Shown here in pieces: positions 10,477-19,155 of a stretch of 64,000 nt of DNA. The position numbers and the translations under genes are program-made. The stretch is from Planctomycetia bacterium (GTDB lineage Bacteria > Planctomycetota > Planctomycetia > Pirellulales > JACPPG01), in the NCBI GenBank assembly GCA_016191115.1, contig JACPPG010000005.1, positions 23,119-87,118 on the forward strand, read 5' to 3'. Under the pieces are notes generated by a model. That model was not told the origin of the DNA and ran no database searches. It worked only from the letters and a program-made list of their open reading frames with translations. Numbering within the stretch: position 1 is the stretch's first letter; each line of letters begins with the position of its first letter.

Positions 10477-12666
10477 TCAACGCGGCAGGTTCCACCGCAC
10501 GACTTCGACGTGCGTCATATTGTCCGCGCCGCGGTAGGAATAGCTGGTCACCAGCGCGCCGTCTGTGAGCTGCACGGTGGGACCGAAGCCGCCACCCTGG
10601 GCCTGGCCGGCTGGCGTCTTGGCGTCGAGGACAAGCCGATCCTTGGCAAAGTCGAATGCGAAGCCATCGAGTGTTTCCTTGCCAAGCAAAGCGCGCACGC
10701 CCAGCGGCGGCTTCAGGTCGCGGACCGTGTACGTCAGCAGCAAGCGCTTATCACCCAGCCGCAAAAGCGACATGTACATTTCGCCATAGTCGCCAAAGTC
10801 GCGGTCCCGATCGAACGTGCGCCCCTCGTCGCTCGATGAGAAAAGGATGAAGTGATCGCTCTGGTCGTTGCCCGCCGCGATGGGTCGACCCGCGATGGGC
10901 AATTCGTTGCTGTCCACGCGGACAAAGGCCCACACCTTGCCGGATTGGGCCTGCCACAGCCAGGTCTCGCCGCCGAAGAAGCCGTAGACGCTTTTGAAGT
11001 CGCCCGGCTGGCACGGCCGATTCCGTTCCCACGTTGCTCCCCGGTCGCCAGAGCGCCACACGAAGTACGGCCCGCCTCCGCCGTCGTAGTCGACGCCCAG
11101 CAATAACGTGCCGTCGGACAGCTCGAGCACGTTGCGCGACGTGTGATTCGCGGCCTTCGGTTTGACGTCCTCCGATTCGACGCGGGTGGTGCTCCACGTT
11201 CGGCCGCGGTCAGCGGATCGATGCACAAAGCCGGTCGTGTATCCCCATGGGTTCCGCACGTCGGTCGCCAGCAGATGCCCGGTGATGAAGATCGTGCCGT
11301 CGCGCAGCATGGTAAGGTACGGCTCTCGCCCCAACAGGTCGAGCTTGTCCGGCCCCGTCCACGTCCGCCCGCCGTCCTTGGAGCGGAAGAGCAGCGTCTG
11401 CTCCAGAACCTTGTTGCCGTCGCGCTTGTGTTGGTGAAAACAGGTCAGCCAGAGCTCCCCGTCCGGCAGCAAGGCGATGCACGGTTTGTAGTCGTCGGGC
11501 TCGCCGAGGGGGACTCTTTCGCAGGGAAGCGAGTCGAACGCGAGCGCGCCGCGCGCCTGGACGGCGATCGGCTCGCTCGTCGCGCCGTCGCGCGACGTCT
11601 CACCGCATTTCTTCTTCCAAGCGGGATAGTCCTCTTCGAGGAGCCGGCGCGGACGATCGCTATACCATCCGTAGCCATTGCGGCGCTCGTAGCCGATTAG
11701 AGACAGGTCGTACTTTGCCGCGCCATCGCGATCCACGAAGATCGGCCGGTTGGTGCCGATCTCGTAAAACCGGGCCCACAGCGGCGGCGCAGCCGCGTCT
11801 TTGACGACGATTTTGTTTTTTCCGGTGGGCGACTTCTCGTCCGGCTCTTCGATCTGGCGGATGCCTTGCAGCCGGGCGTCCTTGAACCAGGCCACCGCCC
11901 CCTCGATGGCCCGCACAACTTCGTCGCTTGGCGAATCCAGGCTCATCAAGAGCCGCACGATCTCGACCGACTCGCTGCCGCTGAGACTCACCAGTTCGTA
12001 GCTGCGCGCGGGGCGAGGGCGAAAGTCGTTCTCGTCGTGCTGCGCACACCACGCGGTCAGCTTCCCGTCGACCTTGACCTGGCATTTGAGAATGCACTGG
12101 ACGCCCCGATCGAAGGCCTGCCCCGCCGCGGCCCTTCGCGGCTCATCGACGAAGTCGTACATCGGCAACGTGCGAATCTCACGCGCCAGTTGCATGAGGC
12201 GCACCATGGCGTTGTCGTTGAACGTGATGTGGCGAGCATAGCCGCCGCCTGGTGGAAATCGTTGGGGCCATCCACCGTTGGGATATTGTGCCTTGAGGAT
12301 GTATTCCAGCCCCTTGTCGAAGGTCTTGCGGTCGCGCTCGTCCTTCGCGGCGCGGTAGGAACGGGCCAAAAAACGTAGCTCGTCGGTCGTAGCGCCATTG
12401 TCGAACGTCGGTGGCGACGCCTGCTGTTCGGATTGCAACTTCCACGTCGTGTCGACATTCTTGGGCCAGCCCCCCACGTCGGATTGATGGGCGCGAATGT
12501 TCGCGGCGATTTGCTGGGCCTCCGTGCCGGCGAACCAATCATCGGTGTTCCGCAAGTATTGCCCAGGCCCCGTTGCGGCGCCGGCGGAATCGGAAGCGGC
12601 CAAAAGAAGAACGGCAGCCAGCACACGACCGATGGGTCGAAGAGAAGTCGCCAGGCGGGGCTTCAT
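10477..12666 (-). CDS. Pectate lyase (PL10/PelA) fused to a C-terminal BNR/sialidase-like propeller
   Basis: GGWPKN, TFDNGAT, QYPNGGWPQ, ITFND, WCAQHD and PARSYE motifs; then Asp-boxes RSKDGGRTW, RSADRGRTW, RSGDRGATW. Confidence 0.85.
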   Translation of the reverse strand: MKPRLATSLRPIGRVLAAVLLLAASDSAGAATGPGQYLRNTDDWFAGTEAQQIAANIRAHQSDVGGWPKNVDTTWKLQSEQQASPPTFDNGATTDELRFLARSYRAAKDERDRKTFDKGLEYILKAQYPNGGWPQRFPPGGGYARHITFNDNAMVRLMQLAREIRTLPMYDFVDEPRRAAAGQAFDRGVQCILKCQVKVDGKLTAWCAQHDENDFRPRPARSYELVSLSGSESVEIVRLLMSLDSPSDEVVRAIEGAVAWFKDARLQGIRQIEEPDEKSPTGKNKIVVKDAAAPPLWARFYEIGTNRPIFVDRDGAAKYDLSLIGYERRNGYGWYSDRPRRLLEEDYPAWKKKCGETSRDGATSEPIAVQARGALAFDSLPCERVPLGEPDDYKPCIALLPDGELWLTCFHQHKRDGNKVLEQTLLFRSKDGGRTWTGPDKLDLLGREPYLTMLRDGTIFITGHLLATDVRNPWGYTTGFVHRSADRGRTWSTTRVESEDVKPKAANHTSRNVLELSDGTLLLGVDYDGGGGPYFVWRSGDRGATWERNRPCQPGDFKSVYGFFGGETWLWQAQSGKVWAFVRVDSNELPIAGRPIAAGNDQSDHFILFSSSDEGRTFDRDRDFGDYGEMYMSLLRLGDKRLLLTYTVRDLKPPLGVRALLGKETLDGFAFDFAKDRLVLDAKTPAGQAQGGGFGPTVQLTDGALVTSYSYRGADNMTHVEVVRWNLPR

Positions 12667-12697
12667 GCTGAATCTTTCGCTATTTGGCACGTGGCCC

Positions 12698-12854
12698 CAG
12701 GGCCGTTCACAGATTCAAGCTTGCCGGCGGCGCACCGGCGGGAAAGTGGGACAGGCACCGAGACGCAACGCCCGTCTGAAAGGACTTGCGCTGTTTATGC
12801 TCGGAGCCAGTCCCATTTTCCCGCCTCGCCATTTTGAAAAACAGAATGGCCCTG
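12698..12854 (+). mobile_element. MITE-A copy 1 (157 bp)
   Basis: CAGGGCC...GGCCCTG ends; degenerate 10-bp flanking repeat cacgtggccc/cacctgcccc. Confidence 0.9.
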
Positions 12855-13028
12855 CACCTGCCCCCAACACGCTTGACGCGGATATGAATGATGACAGACG
12901 GCGTGCGACGAGGCAACGTGGCGGGACAGCGTCGGCGCCCGGCCTCCAGGCGCGCGGGACCCTGGTCGTCTACGGGCGCAGTAGCCGTGCCGCGGCATCC
13001 TCGACGGCCGGCGTAATCGAACAACGAC

Positions 13029-14594
13029 TCAGCGATCCGTGGCGCCGTGGGGCAACGAATCGGCACTCAACCGCCGGGCATTGATCACCCAGTCGCCCGG
13101 CTGAAGTGGCGGTGGCGATTGCTCGCGCGGGACGTTGATGAACTCGGCGTTTCGGAACGCCGGCAACCTGTCGGGCGCGACTTCGCGCACTGCCAGCCCG
13201 GTCATTCCCTTCGTGACCCAGTAGCAGCCGGCGCTCGAGGCGCCGAACTCGTCGTAGACGAAACGCCTGGCGACCGGCTTGTCGGCATCCGGCATGACGA
13301 AGACGACGCGCCGCGGCTCAGGCGGACCGTTTCTGGCGGCCTGTTCGACATCGGCACAGATCGCGTCCCACTCGATCCGCGACGGGACGAAGAAGTAATT
13401 GTGCAAGTGATAGCGCGTCAGTACGAAGGCGATGCCGACGGCGCATGCCAGCCCTACGCCGGCCACTCGTTGCCTCCCCTGCCCGTCCGTCATCAGCCGC
13501 CGCAAGTATCCCGACGTTGCCAGAATAAGGAGAAACAGGATCGTGACGCCGATGGCCGCCCTCGTGCGCAGCGGGAAGTGATCGGACGCGATCACCAGGT
13601 TAGGAACGTACGATACCGGAATCAGGGCCATTAGCGCGGCGATGCGTAGGGCACGGCTTGACCGCGACCCCTCTAAACGCAGCCAAAGACCAATGGGCAC
13701 GAAGATGCCCAGGATGCACAGTTCCACGGGAAGCATCTGCCACTTCTCCCAGTGATCGACGAAGAAGTACGGAATGCAAGACTGTCCTACCGGCTGGAGT
13801 ACGAACCGGCCCGCCTTCTTGACCAGGTTCGTGGCGAGTTCCGCCCGCGACGCGATGTCGATGTTCCGCACTTCGTGGACCATCAGCTTGAACGTCAAAA
13901 AGCTTGCGCCCAATGCGGCGACGAGGACTGCCGCGTGGATTTCCCATCGCAGGATTTGCCGGCGGGACCCGCCCCCCTGGGCGGCCACGGCCATCACGAG
14001 CATCGTGACATAGAACATGGCCGCCGGCTGATAAATGGAGAAGGCGACAAACAACACTCCGGCGGCCGCCAGGCCCAGAACTGCGGACTGCCAGACTTTA
14101 TCCCGCCGGCTGCTGGCCACCGCCAGCCAGAACGCCGTCATCGCCGTCAGGCAGGAGTATGCAAAGGCGGCGCATGTGGCCCATACCGCGTAGACGTTGA
14201 ACGTCGGCAGCAGCGCGGTCAGCGACGCGACCGCGACCGCCAGCAGCCACGAGTACTTGAGTCGCCGCAGGGACGCGTAAATTCCGACGACGAGGAGATA
14301 GATGCCGACCAGGGAGGCCAGTCGTGGCCGCCACAAGTCGCCAACGGACTCGGCGCCGTACCACGTCGCTTGAAAGATCAATCCGCTGGCCCATCGTCCC
14401 GCGGCATTCCAGATTTCCAAGACAGGCACGGGCTCCCACAGCAGCCAGTAGTCGTCCCGGTGAGCAACCATACCGGTGAGGCAAACAGAATATGCTCCGA
14501 AGACCGTCGCGGCCAGCAACAATGCCGCGATGACGTGCCCACGCAAGGCGCCGCGGTTTGGTATGGTGGTGTCGGCGGTGGCTCTGGTGGTCAT
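13029..14594 (-). CDS. Multi-pass membrane glycosyltransferase (GtrII/GT-C-like)
   Basis: HRDDY...GRW, SIYQ and ~11 TM segments; ATGA overlap with the upstream gene. Confidence 0.7.
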   Translation of the reverse strand: MTTRATADTTIPNRGALRGHVIAALLLAATVFGAYSVCLTGMVAHRDDYWLLWEPVPVLEIWNAAGRWASGLIFQATWYGAESVGDLWRPRLASLVGIYLLVVGIYASLRRLKYSWLLAVAVASLTALLPTFNVYAVWATCAAFAYSCLTAMTAFWLAVASSRRDKVWQSAVLGLAAAGVLFVAFSIYQPAAMFYVTMLVMAVAAQGGGSRRQILRWEIHAAVLVAALGASFLTFKLMVHEVRNIDIASRAELATNLVKKAGRFVLQPVGQSCIPYFFVDHWEKWQMLPVELCILGIFVPIGLWLRLEGSRSSRALRIAALMALIPVSYVPNLVIASDHFPLRTRAAIGVTILFLLILATSGYLRRLMTDGQGRQRVAGVGLACAVGIAFVLTRYHLHNYFFVPSRIEWDAICADVEQAARNGPPEPRRVVFVMPDADKPVARRFVYDEFGASSAGCYWVTKGMTGLAVREVAPDRLPAFRNAEFINVPREQSPPPLQPGDWVINARRLSADSLPHGATDR

Positions 14595-15499
14595 GACGTT
14601 GGGCCCTGTGATTCCGCCTCTGCCCGCGACGGCCCGCATGAAAGCGAAGCACGCTTTTGCGCGGCCACAAACATGATGTCCCCCGAGTTCACCCACATGC
14701 CCATGCGATTCTGGCCGCCGATGGGAATGAGCCGGCTTATTGCCGAGGCAGCGCTATGCGTGAACCCCTTTCGCAACGCCGTCAGGCTCGACAGGACGCT
14801 ATGAAGAGTTCGATAGACGCTGATGGCCTTGGCCTCCACGATGGCAAAGCCGTGCCTGGCCAAGAACTGCGTCATGGTCCGGCGCGAGAAGTATTGTAGA
14901 TGCGTCGGCGGGTGAATCATGCGCCAGCGGCGGCCGCGCAGGCGCGCGAGCGGCGAGCCGACATCGCCCGTCGTCAGAAAGAGCCAACCGCTGGGCGGCA
15001 AAAGCCTTTCAATGCGTTCGACGACAAGATCGGGACGCGGCAAATGCTCGATCGTGTCCCACAAGCAATAGGCTTGATACTCTCCCGCCGCGATTGGTGA
15101 AGTCAAGAAATCGCCCACGATGACCCGCTGCCCAAGCTCGCTCGCGGCGTGCGCGACCGCCTCGCCGCAGACGTCAATTCCCGCTGCTCGCGCGCCGTGC
15201 GCCGAGGCGTACTCCAGAAACAGCCCGTACGCGCAGCCGATTTCGAACACGGTGTTGACGTCGTCGGCCAGCCGCCGCATGTCCCGCCAGCGGGCGGCGA
15301 AGTTTTGCACGTGAACCTGCCGATCAGCGAGATAGTCGCCGTACTCTTGCCCGAAGAAATAGGCCTCGGTGTAGATTCCGGTCGCGGCGGCAGGCGTCGG
15401 TAATTCCGCGGCACGCATGAAACCGCAGTTCCGACACCGGCAGAGTATCTGCCAGCGAGGTTCCCAGTCTTGGGTCCCGCAGACGATGCACGAAATCAT
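14591..15499 (-). CDS. Class I SAM-dependent methyltransferase with N-terminal Zn ribbon
   Basis: CxxC..CxxC, FEIGCAYG, WDTIEH and PPTHL motifs. Confidence 0.9.
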   Translation of the reverse strand: MISCIVCGTQDWEPRWQILCRCRNCGFMRAAELPTPAAATGIYTEAYFFGQEYGDYLADRQVHVQNFAARWRDMRRLADDVNTVFEIGCAYGLFLEYASAHGARAAGIDVCGEAVAHAASELGQRVIVGDFLTSPIAAGEYQAYCLWDTIEHLPRPDLVVERIERLLPPSGWLFLTTGDVGSPLARLRGRRWRMIHPPTHLQYFSRRTMTQFLARHGFAIVEAKAISVYRTLHSVLSSLTALRKGFTHSAASAISRLIPIGGQNRMGMWVNSGDIMFVAAQKRASLSCGPSRAEAESQGPTS

Positions 15500-15502
15500 C
15501 CG

Positions 15503-16552
15503 TCAGCCCTCGGCGCGCCGTTTGTTGCCCACGGTCGCCGGCCGGTGATCGGCATCTCCCGTCGCGTCTTCGGAGCGGGTTTGCTTCGGTGACGGCTCCT
15601 TCAGCAGGTATAGCGGCCGCTGTTTCGCCTCCTCGTAGACCACGGCAAGGTATTCTCCCAAAAGGCCCGTGAACGTGAGCTGCACGCCGCCGAGTATCAA
15701 GATGACGGAGATCGTGGAGGTCCAGCCCGGCTCGATGCGCTTGAAGAATAACCAGGCCGTTAGAATGTAGATCAGGTAGGCAAACCCAGCCGCCGAGACG
15801 AGCAGGCCCACCCGCGTCGCCATTCGCAAGGGCGCGGAGGAAAATGAGATCACTGCCGCCATGGCCAGGCGGAACATCTTGGCCAGGCCGTAGGAGCTCC
15901 TTCCCGCGAACCGAGGCGGCGCCTCGAAGGGGACAAACGTCCGGTTGTATCCGATCCAAGAGACGATCCCGCGCAGAAACCTCTGCCGCTCGCGCACCGC
16001 GAGCAGCGCCTGGTGCGCTCGCCGCGAGAGCAGGCAAAAGTCCGCCACCCCAGGCACAACGTAGGTGTCGCTGAGCAGATTGATGAGCCGATAGAAGATC
16101 CCGGAAGTCGCCGTCTTCCACCACGACGCGCCGCGCGTCGACTGGCGAACGGCGGAAACAATATCCGCCCCAGCCTGCCAGCGGGCCACCAAGTCGGGAA
16201 TCAGCGACGGCGGATGCTGCAAGTCGGCGTCCATCATGATGACGGCGTCGCCGTCGGCAGCATCCAAACCGGCGGTCAAGGCGATTTGATGTCCAAAGTT
16301 TCGCGACAGCGAAATGACGCGGACGGCTGGATCTTCTCGGGAAAGTTCCTCCAAAACCCGCGGCGTGGCATCGCTGCTGCCGTCGTCCACGAGCACAATC
16401 TCGCTTTGGCAATCCGCAAGACCTGCAAGCGTCTGTCGCAACGCTTCATGAAACCGCCGCAATCCGGCGGCCTCGTTGTAACACGGGGCGACAATGCACA
16501 GCTTGTAAACACCACCGGGAGAACGAGCGGCGGCGGTCCCGTCAGCAAACAT
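15503..16552 (-). CDS. GT2 polyprenol-phosphate glycosyltransferase (GtrB/ArnC-like)
   Basis: PCYNE, VDDGS, SRNFGHQ.A, MDADLQHPP, two C-terminal TMs and RPLY. Confidence 0.92.
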   Translation of the reverse strand: MFADGTAAARSPGGVYKLCIVAPCYNEAAGLRRFHEALRQTLAGLADCQSEIVLVDDGSSDATPRVLEELSREDPAVRVISLSRNFGHQIALTAGLDAADGDAVIMMDADLQHPPSLIPDLVARWQAGADIVSAVRQSTRGASWWKTATSGIFYRLINLLSDTYVVPGVADFCLLSRRAHQALLAVRERQRFLRGIVSWIGYNRTFVPFEAPPRFAGRSSYGLAKMFRLAMAAVISFSSAPLRMATRVGLLVSAAGFAYLIYILTAWLFFKRIEPGWTSTISVILILGGVQLTFTGLLGEYLAVVYEEAKQRPLYLLKEPSPKQTRSEDATGDADHRPATVGNKRRAEG

Positions 16553-17715
16553 GGAGCGGGCCTATGGCGGCCGACCGTGAGGGAAGAGCGGGCAACAAAT
16601 GGCTGCTTTGAGTTTAGTCGGCCCAGGAGACGGAGCCAACCGAACTGTCCGGCGACTTGCCCAGGGCCGTTCACAGATTCAAGCTTGCCGGCGGCGCACC
16701 GGCGGGAAAGTGGGACAGGCACCGAGACGCAGCGTTGGTATGAAAGGGCTTGCGCTGTTTGTGCTCGGAGCCAGTCCCATTTTCCCGCCTCGCCATTTTG
16801 GCCCTTCCCGTCCGGCGGCCGGCGGCGGCGGTCTTCGTTCGGGCGATCGATTCGGCCCTCGGCACCGCGATCTTCGAGGGCCGCCCTGTTCTTGCGGAAT
16901 TCGTGGCGGAACCACAGGCGGCGCAATTCGACTTGCATCTCGTCATAGGGCAGGCTCAACAGCCGCGACCGTTCCTCGTCGCGAACCTCCTCTTTGAGGA
17001 ACTGCTGCAGTTCCTCCTCGCTCGGCCGGCGCAGGCCTGCGAACTGCTTTCCTGGCCCTCCATGCCGCCGCGCTTGCTCAAACCAGCTCCACAAAAGCTT
17101 CGCGCGCTCCGACGGCTTTTCCGCCTTGTCCAGCTTGTCTTGTGCCTCGGCCGAGAGTGACTCGCGCAACTGCTGCAAGGCCGCACGATCTTCGGGTGAC
17201 GGGCCAGGACGGGCTCCCTCCGGCTGCCGGGCCTGCCACCGCTTTCGCATGAAGTCGTGCTTCAGGAACCAGGCCTCGATCGCCTCCAAATCCTGGGGGC
17301 TCAGCTTGTTGGCCTGGCGGCGGCGCTGCGCTTCGAGAATCTTGTCGATCTTCTTCAGCCGCTCCGCTGGCTCAAGCGATGCCAGGTCCGCGCGGTCCCC
17401 GGGCGGCAGCTCGCTGAGCCAGTCGTGATAGTTCTGCATCACCTTCCGCAGGTCGTCCTTGTCCGCGGCCGTGTCCAAGTCGTCATTCAACCGGCGCAGG
17501 CGGTCCTGCTGCGCGGGGTCGAGCCGCTGGAAGCGCTGGAAGTTCTGCGACAGCCGCTCCTTCTCCTCCTCATCGGCTTGAGCGAGCCGGGCCCGACGCT
17601 CGGGCGTACCATCCGCGCCCGCGGCCGGCAGGGCCCACGTCAGGACGGCGGCCACGGCAGTCAGCGACCCAAGGACAAACGACGCCGCACGAAGTTTGGC
17701 ATGTCTAGCGATCAT
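16276..17715 (-). CDS. Exported charged helical protein (DUF3106-like) in the ECF operon; 3' end disrupted by MITE-A copy 2
   Basis: Signal peptide and L.P..R..L helical repeats; the present ORF reads through the MITE and overlaps the next gene. Confidence 0.7.
   Translation of the reverse strand: MIARHAKLRAASFVLGSLTAVAAVLTWALPAAGADGTPERRARLAQADEEEKERLSQNFQRFQRLDPAQQDRLRRLNDDLDTAADKDDLRKVMQNYHDWLSELPPGDRADLASLEPAERLKKIDKILEAQRRRQANKLSPQDLEAIEAWFLKHDFMRKRWQARQPEGARPGPSPEDRAALQQLRESLSAEAQDKLDKAEKPSERAKLLWSWFEQARRHGGPGKQFAGLRRPSEEELQQFLKEEVRDEERSRLLSLPYDEMQVELRRLWFRHEFRKNRAALEDRGAEGRIDRPNEDRRRRPPDGKGQNGEAGKWDWLRAQTAQALSYQRCVSVPVPLSRRCAAGKLESVNGPGQVAGQFGWLRLLGRLNSKQPFVARSSLTVGRHRPAPCLLTGPPPLVLPVVFTSCALSPRVTTRPPDCGGFMKRCDRRLQVLRIAKARLCSWTTAAAMPRRGFWRNFPEKIQPSASFRCRETLDIKSP
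16662..16806 (+). mobile_element. MITE-A copy 2 (145 bp, 12-bp deletion near the right end), intragenic
   Basis: Same sequence as the other copies but lacks aaaaacagaatg; no flanking duplication seen. Confidence 0.88.
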
Positions 17716-18214
17716 GATCCCCCTCGGCGTCGAGGAAGCCGCGGTCTTTCAATTTTCGCAAGAACTCGATGTCATCGACCTGGCGATATTGCTCGAGGTT
17801 TTCGATCACCGGTAGATCGCGCAAAAGCTCGTCGTTGGTGCGGTTCGAGAGTCCGCTCACGGCGAAGTAGCCCACTAGCGCCGCGGCCGCGATCGATCCG
17901 CCCGCCACGAGCCACGCGCGGCGCCGGCGGCGCGGCAATTCGGCCTGGCGCGTTTCAAGGTCCTCCTCCGCCTTGACCGCGATCATCTCCACCGTGCTGC
18001 GCGCGAACGACTCGTCGACCTCGGTCCGCGGCAGCTCGTCGAGCAGGTGCCAGCAGTGCTCCAACTGGCGCAGCTCCTGGCGCACGCCCGGATCGGCCGC
18101 CATAGCCTGTTCGACGCGGCTCGACTCGTCGGCGTCCAATTCGCCGTCGAGATAGCTGACCAGTTGTTCTTCCAGCCCGCGGTCGCCGGCGTCGGGCTCT
18201 TTTGATTCGCTCAT
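17705..18214 (-). CDS. Anti-sigma factor (membrane-anchored)
   Basis: LVSYLDGEL N-terminus and single TM; directly follows the ECF sigma gene. Confidence 0.85.
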   Translation of the reverse strand: MSESKEPDAGDRGLEEQLVSYLDGELDADESSRVEQAMAADPGVRQELRQLEHCWHLLDELPRTEVDESFARSTVEMIAVKAEEDLETRQAELPRRRRRAWLVAGGSIAAAALVGYFAVSGLSNRTNDELLRDLPVIENLEQYRQVDDIEFLRKLKDRGFLDAEGDHDR

Positions 18215-18218
18215 GGGT

Positions 18219-18926
18219 CTAGTCCGTGGTGGGGCGATCCCCTCGTTCCAGGTACGGTTGCAACACTTCTTTCAAGTTCACGCGGGCCCGCGACAAGAGC
18301 GACTTGATCGCTTCGGGCGACATGTCCATGGTCTCGGCGATGTCGGCGTAGCTCATGTTTTCGAACTTGCTCAAGAGCACGGCCATCCGCTGCCGCTCGT
18401 TGAGGCTCTCGATGGCCATGCGGACGATGTCGCGCATCTCGGCCTTGTCCAATTGCCGGGTCGGCATGAGCCCGCTGGCGGCCTGCGCCAACTGGTCGAG
18501 CGATCCGGCGCTTTGGGCGCCGCTGTCGCTGGTGGCCAGGTTGATTTCCCTGCGGCGCGAGCGGGAGCGGCGGGCGTTGGCGGCCACGTTGTTGGCGATG
18601 GTGAATAGCCATGTGGAAAACTTCGATCCCGGCACGTACCGCTTGCGCGATCGGTACACGCGCAGGAAGACTTCCTGCGCCAGGTCCTCGGCCTGGTCGC
18701 GGGCGCCCACCAGGTGCTCGAGCACCATGACCAGCCGGTTCTGGTAGCGGAGCATCAACTCCTCGAACGCCGTGGCGCTATCGGCGCGCACCTCGAGCAT
18801 CAGCCGCACGTCGGGATCGCGCAGCTCGTAGCGCTGGGCGGACGATTCGCTGACAACCAAGCGCGCGCCCTCGATACGGTCGTCGGGACTGGAAGACGCA
18901 GTGGCGAAGCCACGGGCCGCGTCCAT
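18219..18926 (-). CDS. ECF sigma-70 factor
   Basis: AEDLAQEVF, FSTWLFTIA.N and region-4 SYADIAE..KSLLSRAR. Confidence 0.95.
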   Translation of the reverse strand: MDAARGFATASSSPDDRIEGARLVVSESSAQRYELRDPDVRLMLEVRADSATAFEELMLRYQNRLVMVLEHLVGARDQAEDLAQEVFLRVYRSRKRYVPGSKFSTWLFTIANNVAANARRSRSRRREINLATSDSGAQSAGSLDQLAQAASGLMPTRQLDKAEMRDIVRMAIESLNERQRMAVLLSKFENMSYADIAETMDMSPEAIKSLLSRARVNLKEVLQPYLERGDRPTTD

Positions 18927-19155
18927 TAGACAAGTCTAGGCGACCGACGGCCTTGCGGCCAAGCGTTCCGGTTGCGACGGTCTCTTTCGGCAGTTCCGGC
19001 TAGGAATTAAACCCCGCCATGGCCCGCCGGTGTCTTGAAAGGCCCTCCGCGCCAAAGCCGCCGCCAAATGGGCTCCGTCCGGGCCCTTCCGCTACAACGC
19101 GGTGGCCGGGCCTTCGCTGGCTGGCGCGGCGGGTTTCATGGTTCGGCCGCGGGAG

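Noticed and set aside
12698..12718. Outward TTGAA (-35-like) in both MITE-A TIRs forming hybrid promoters
   Set aside because: The motif is present, but no credible -10 box lies at the right spacing in the flanks inspected (copies 1, 4 and 6).
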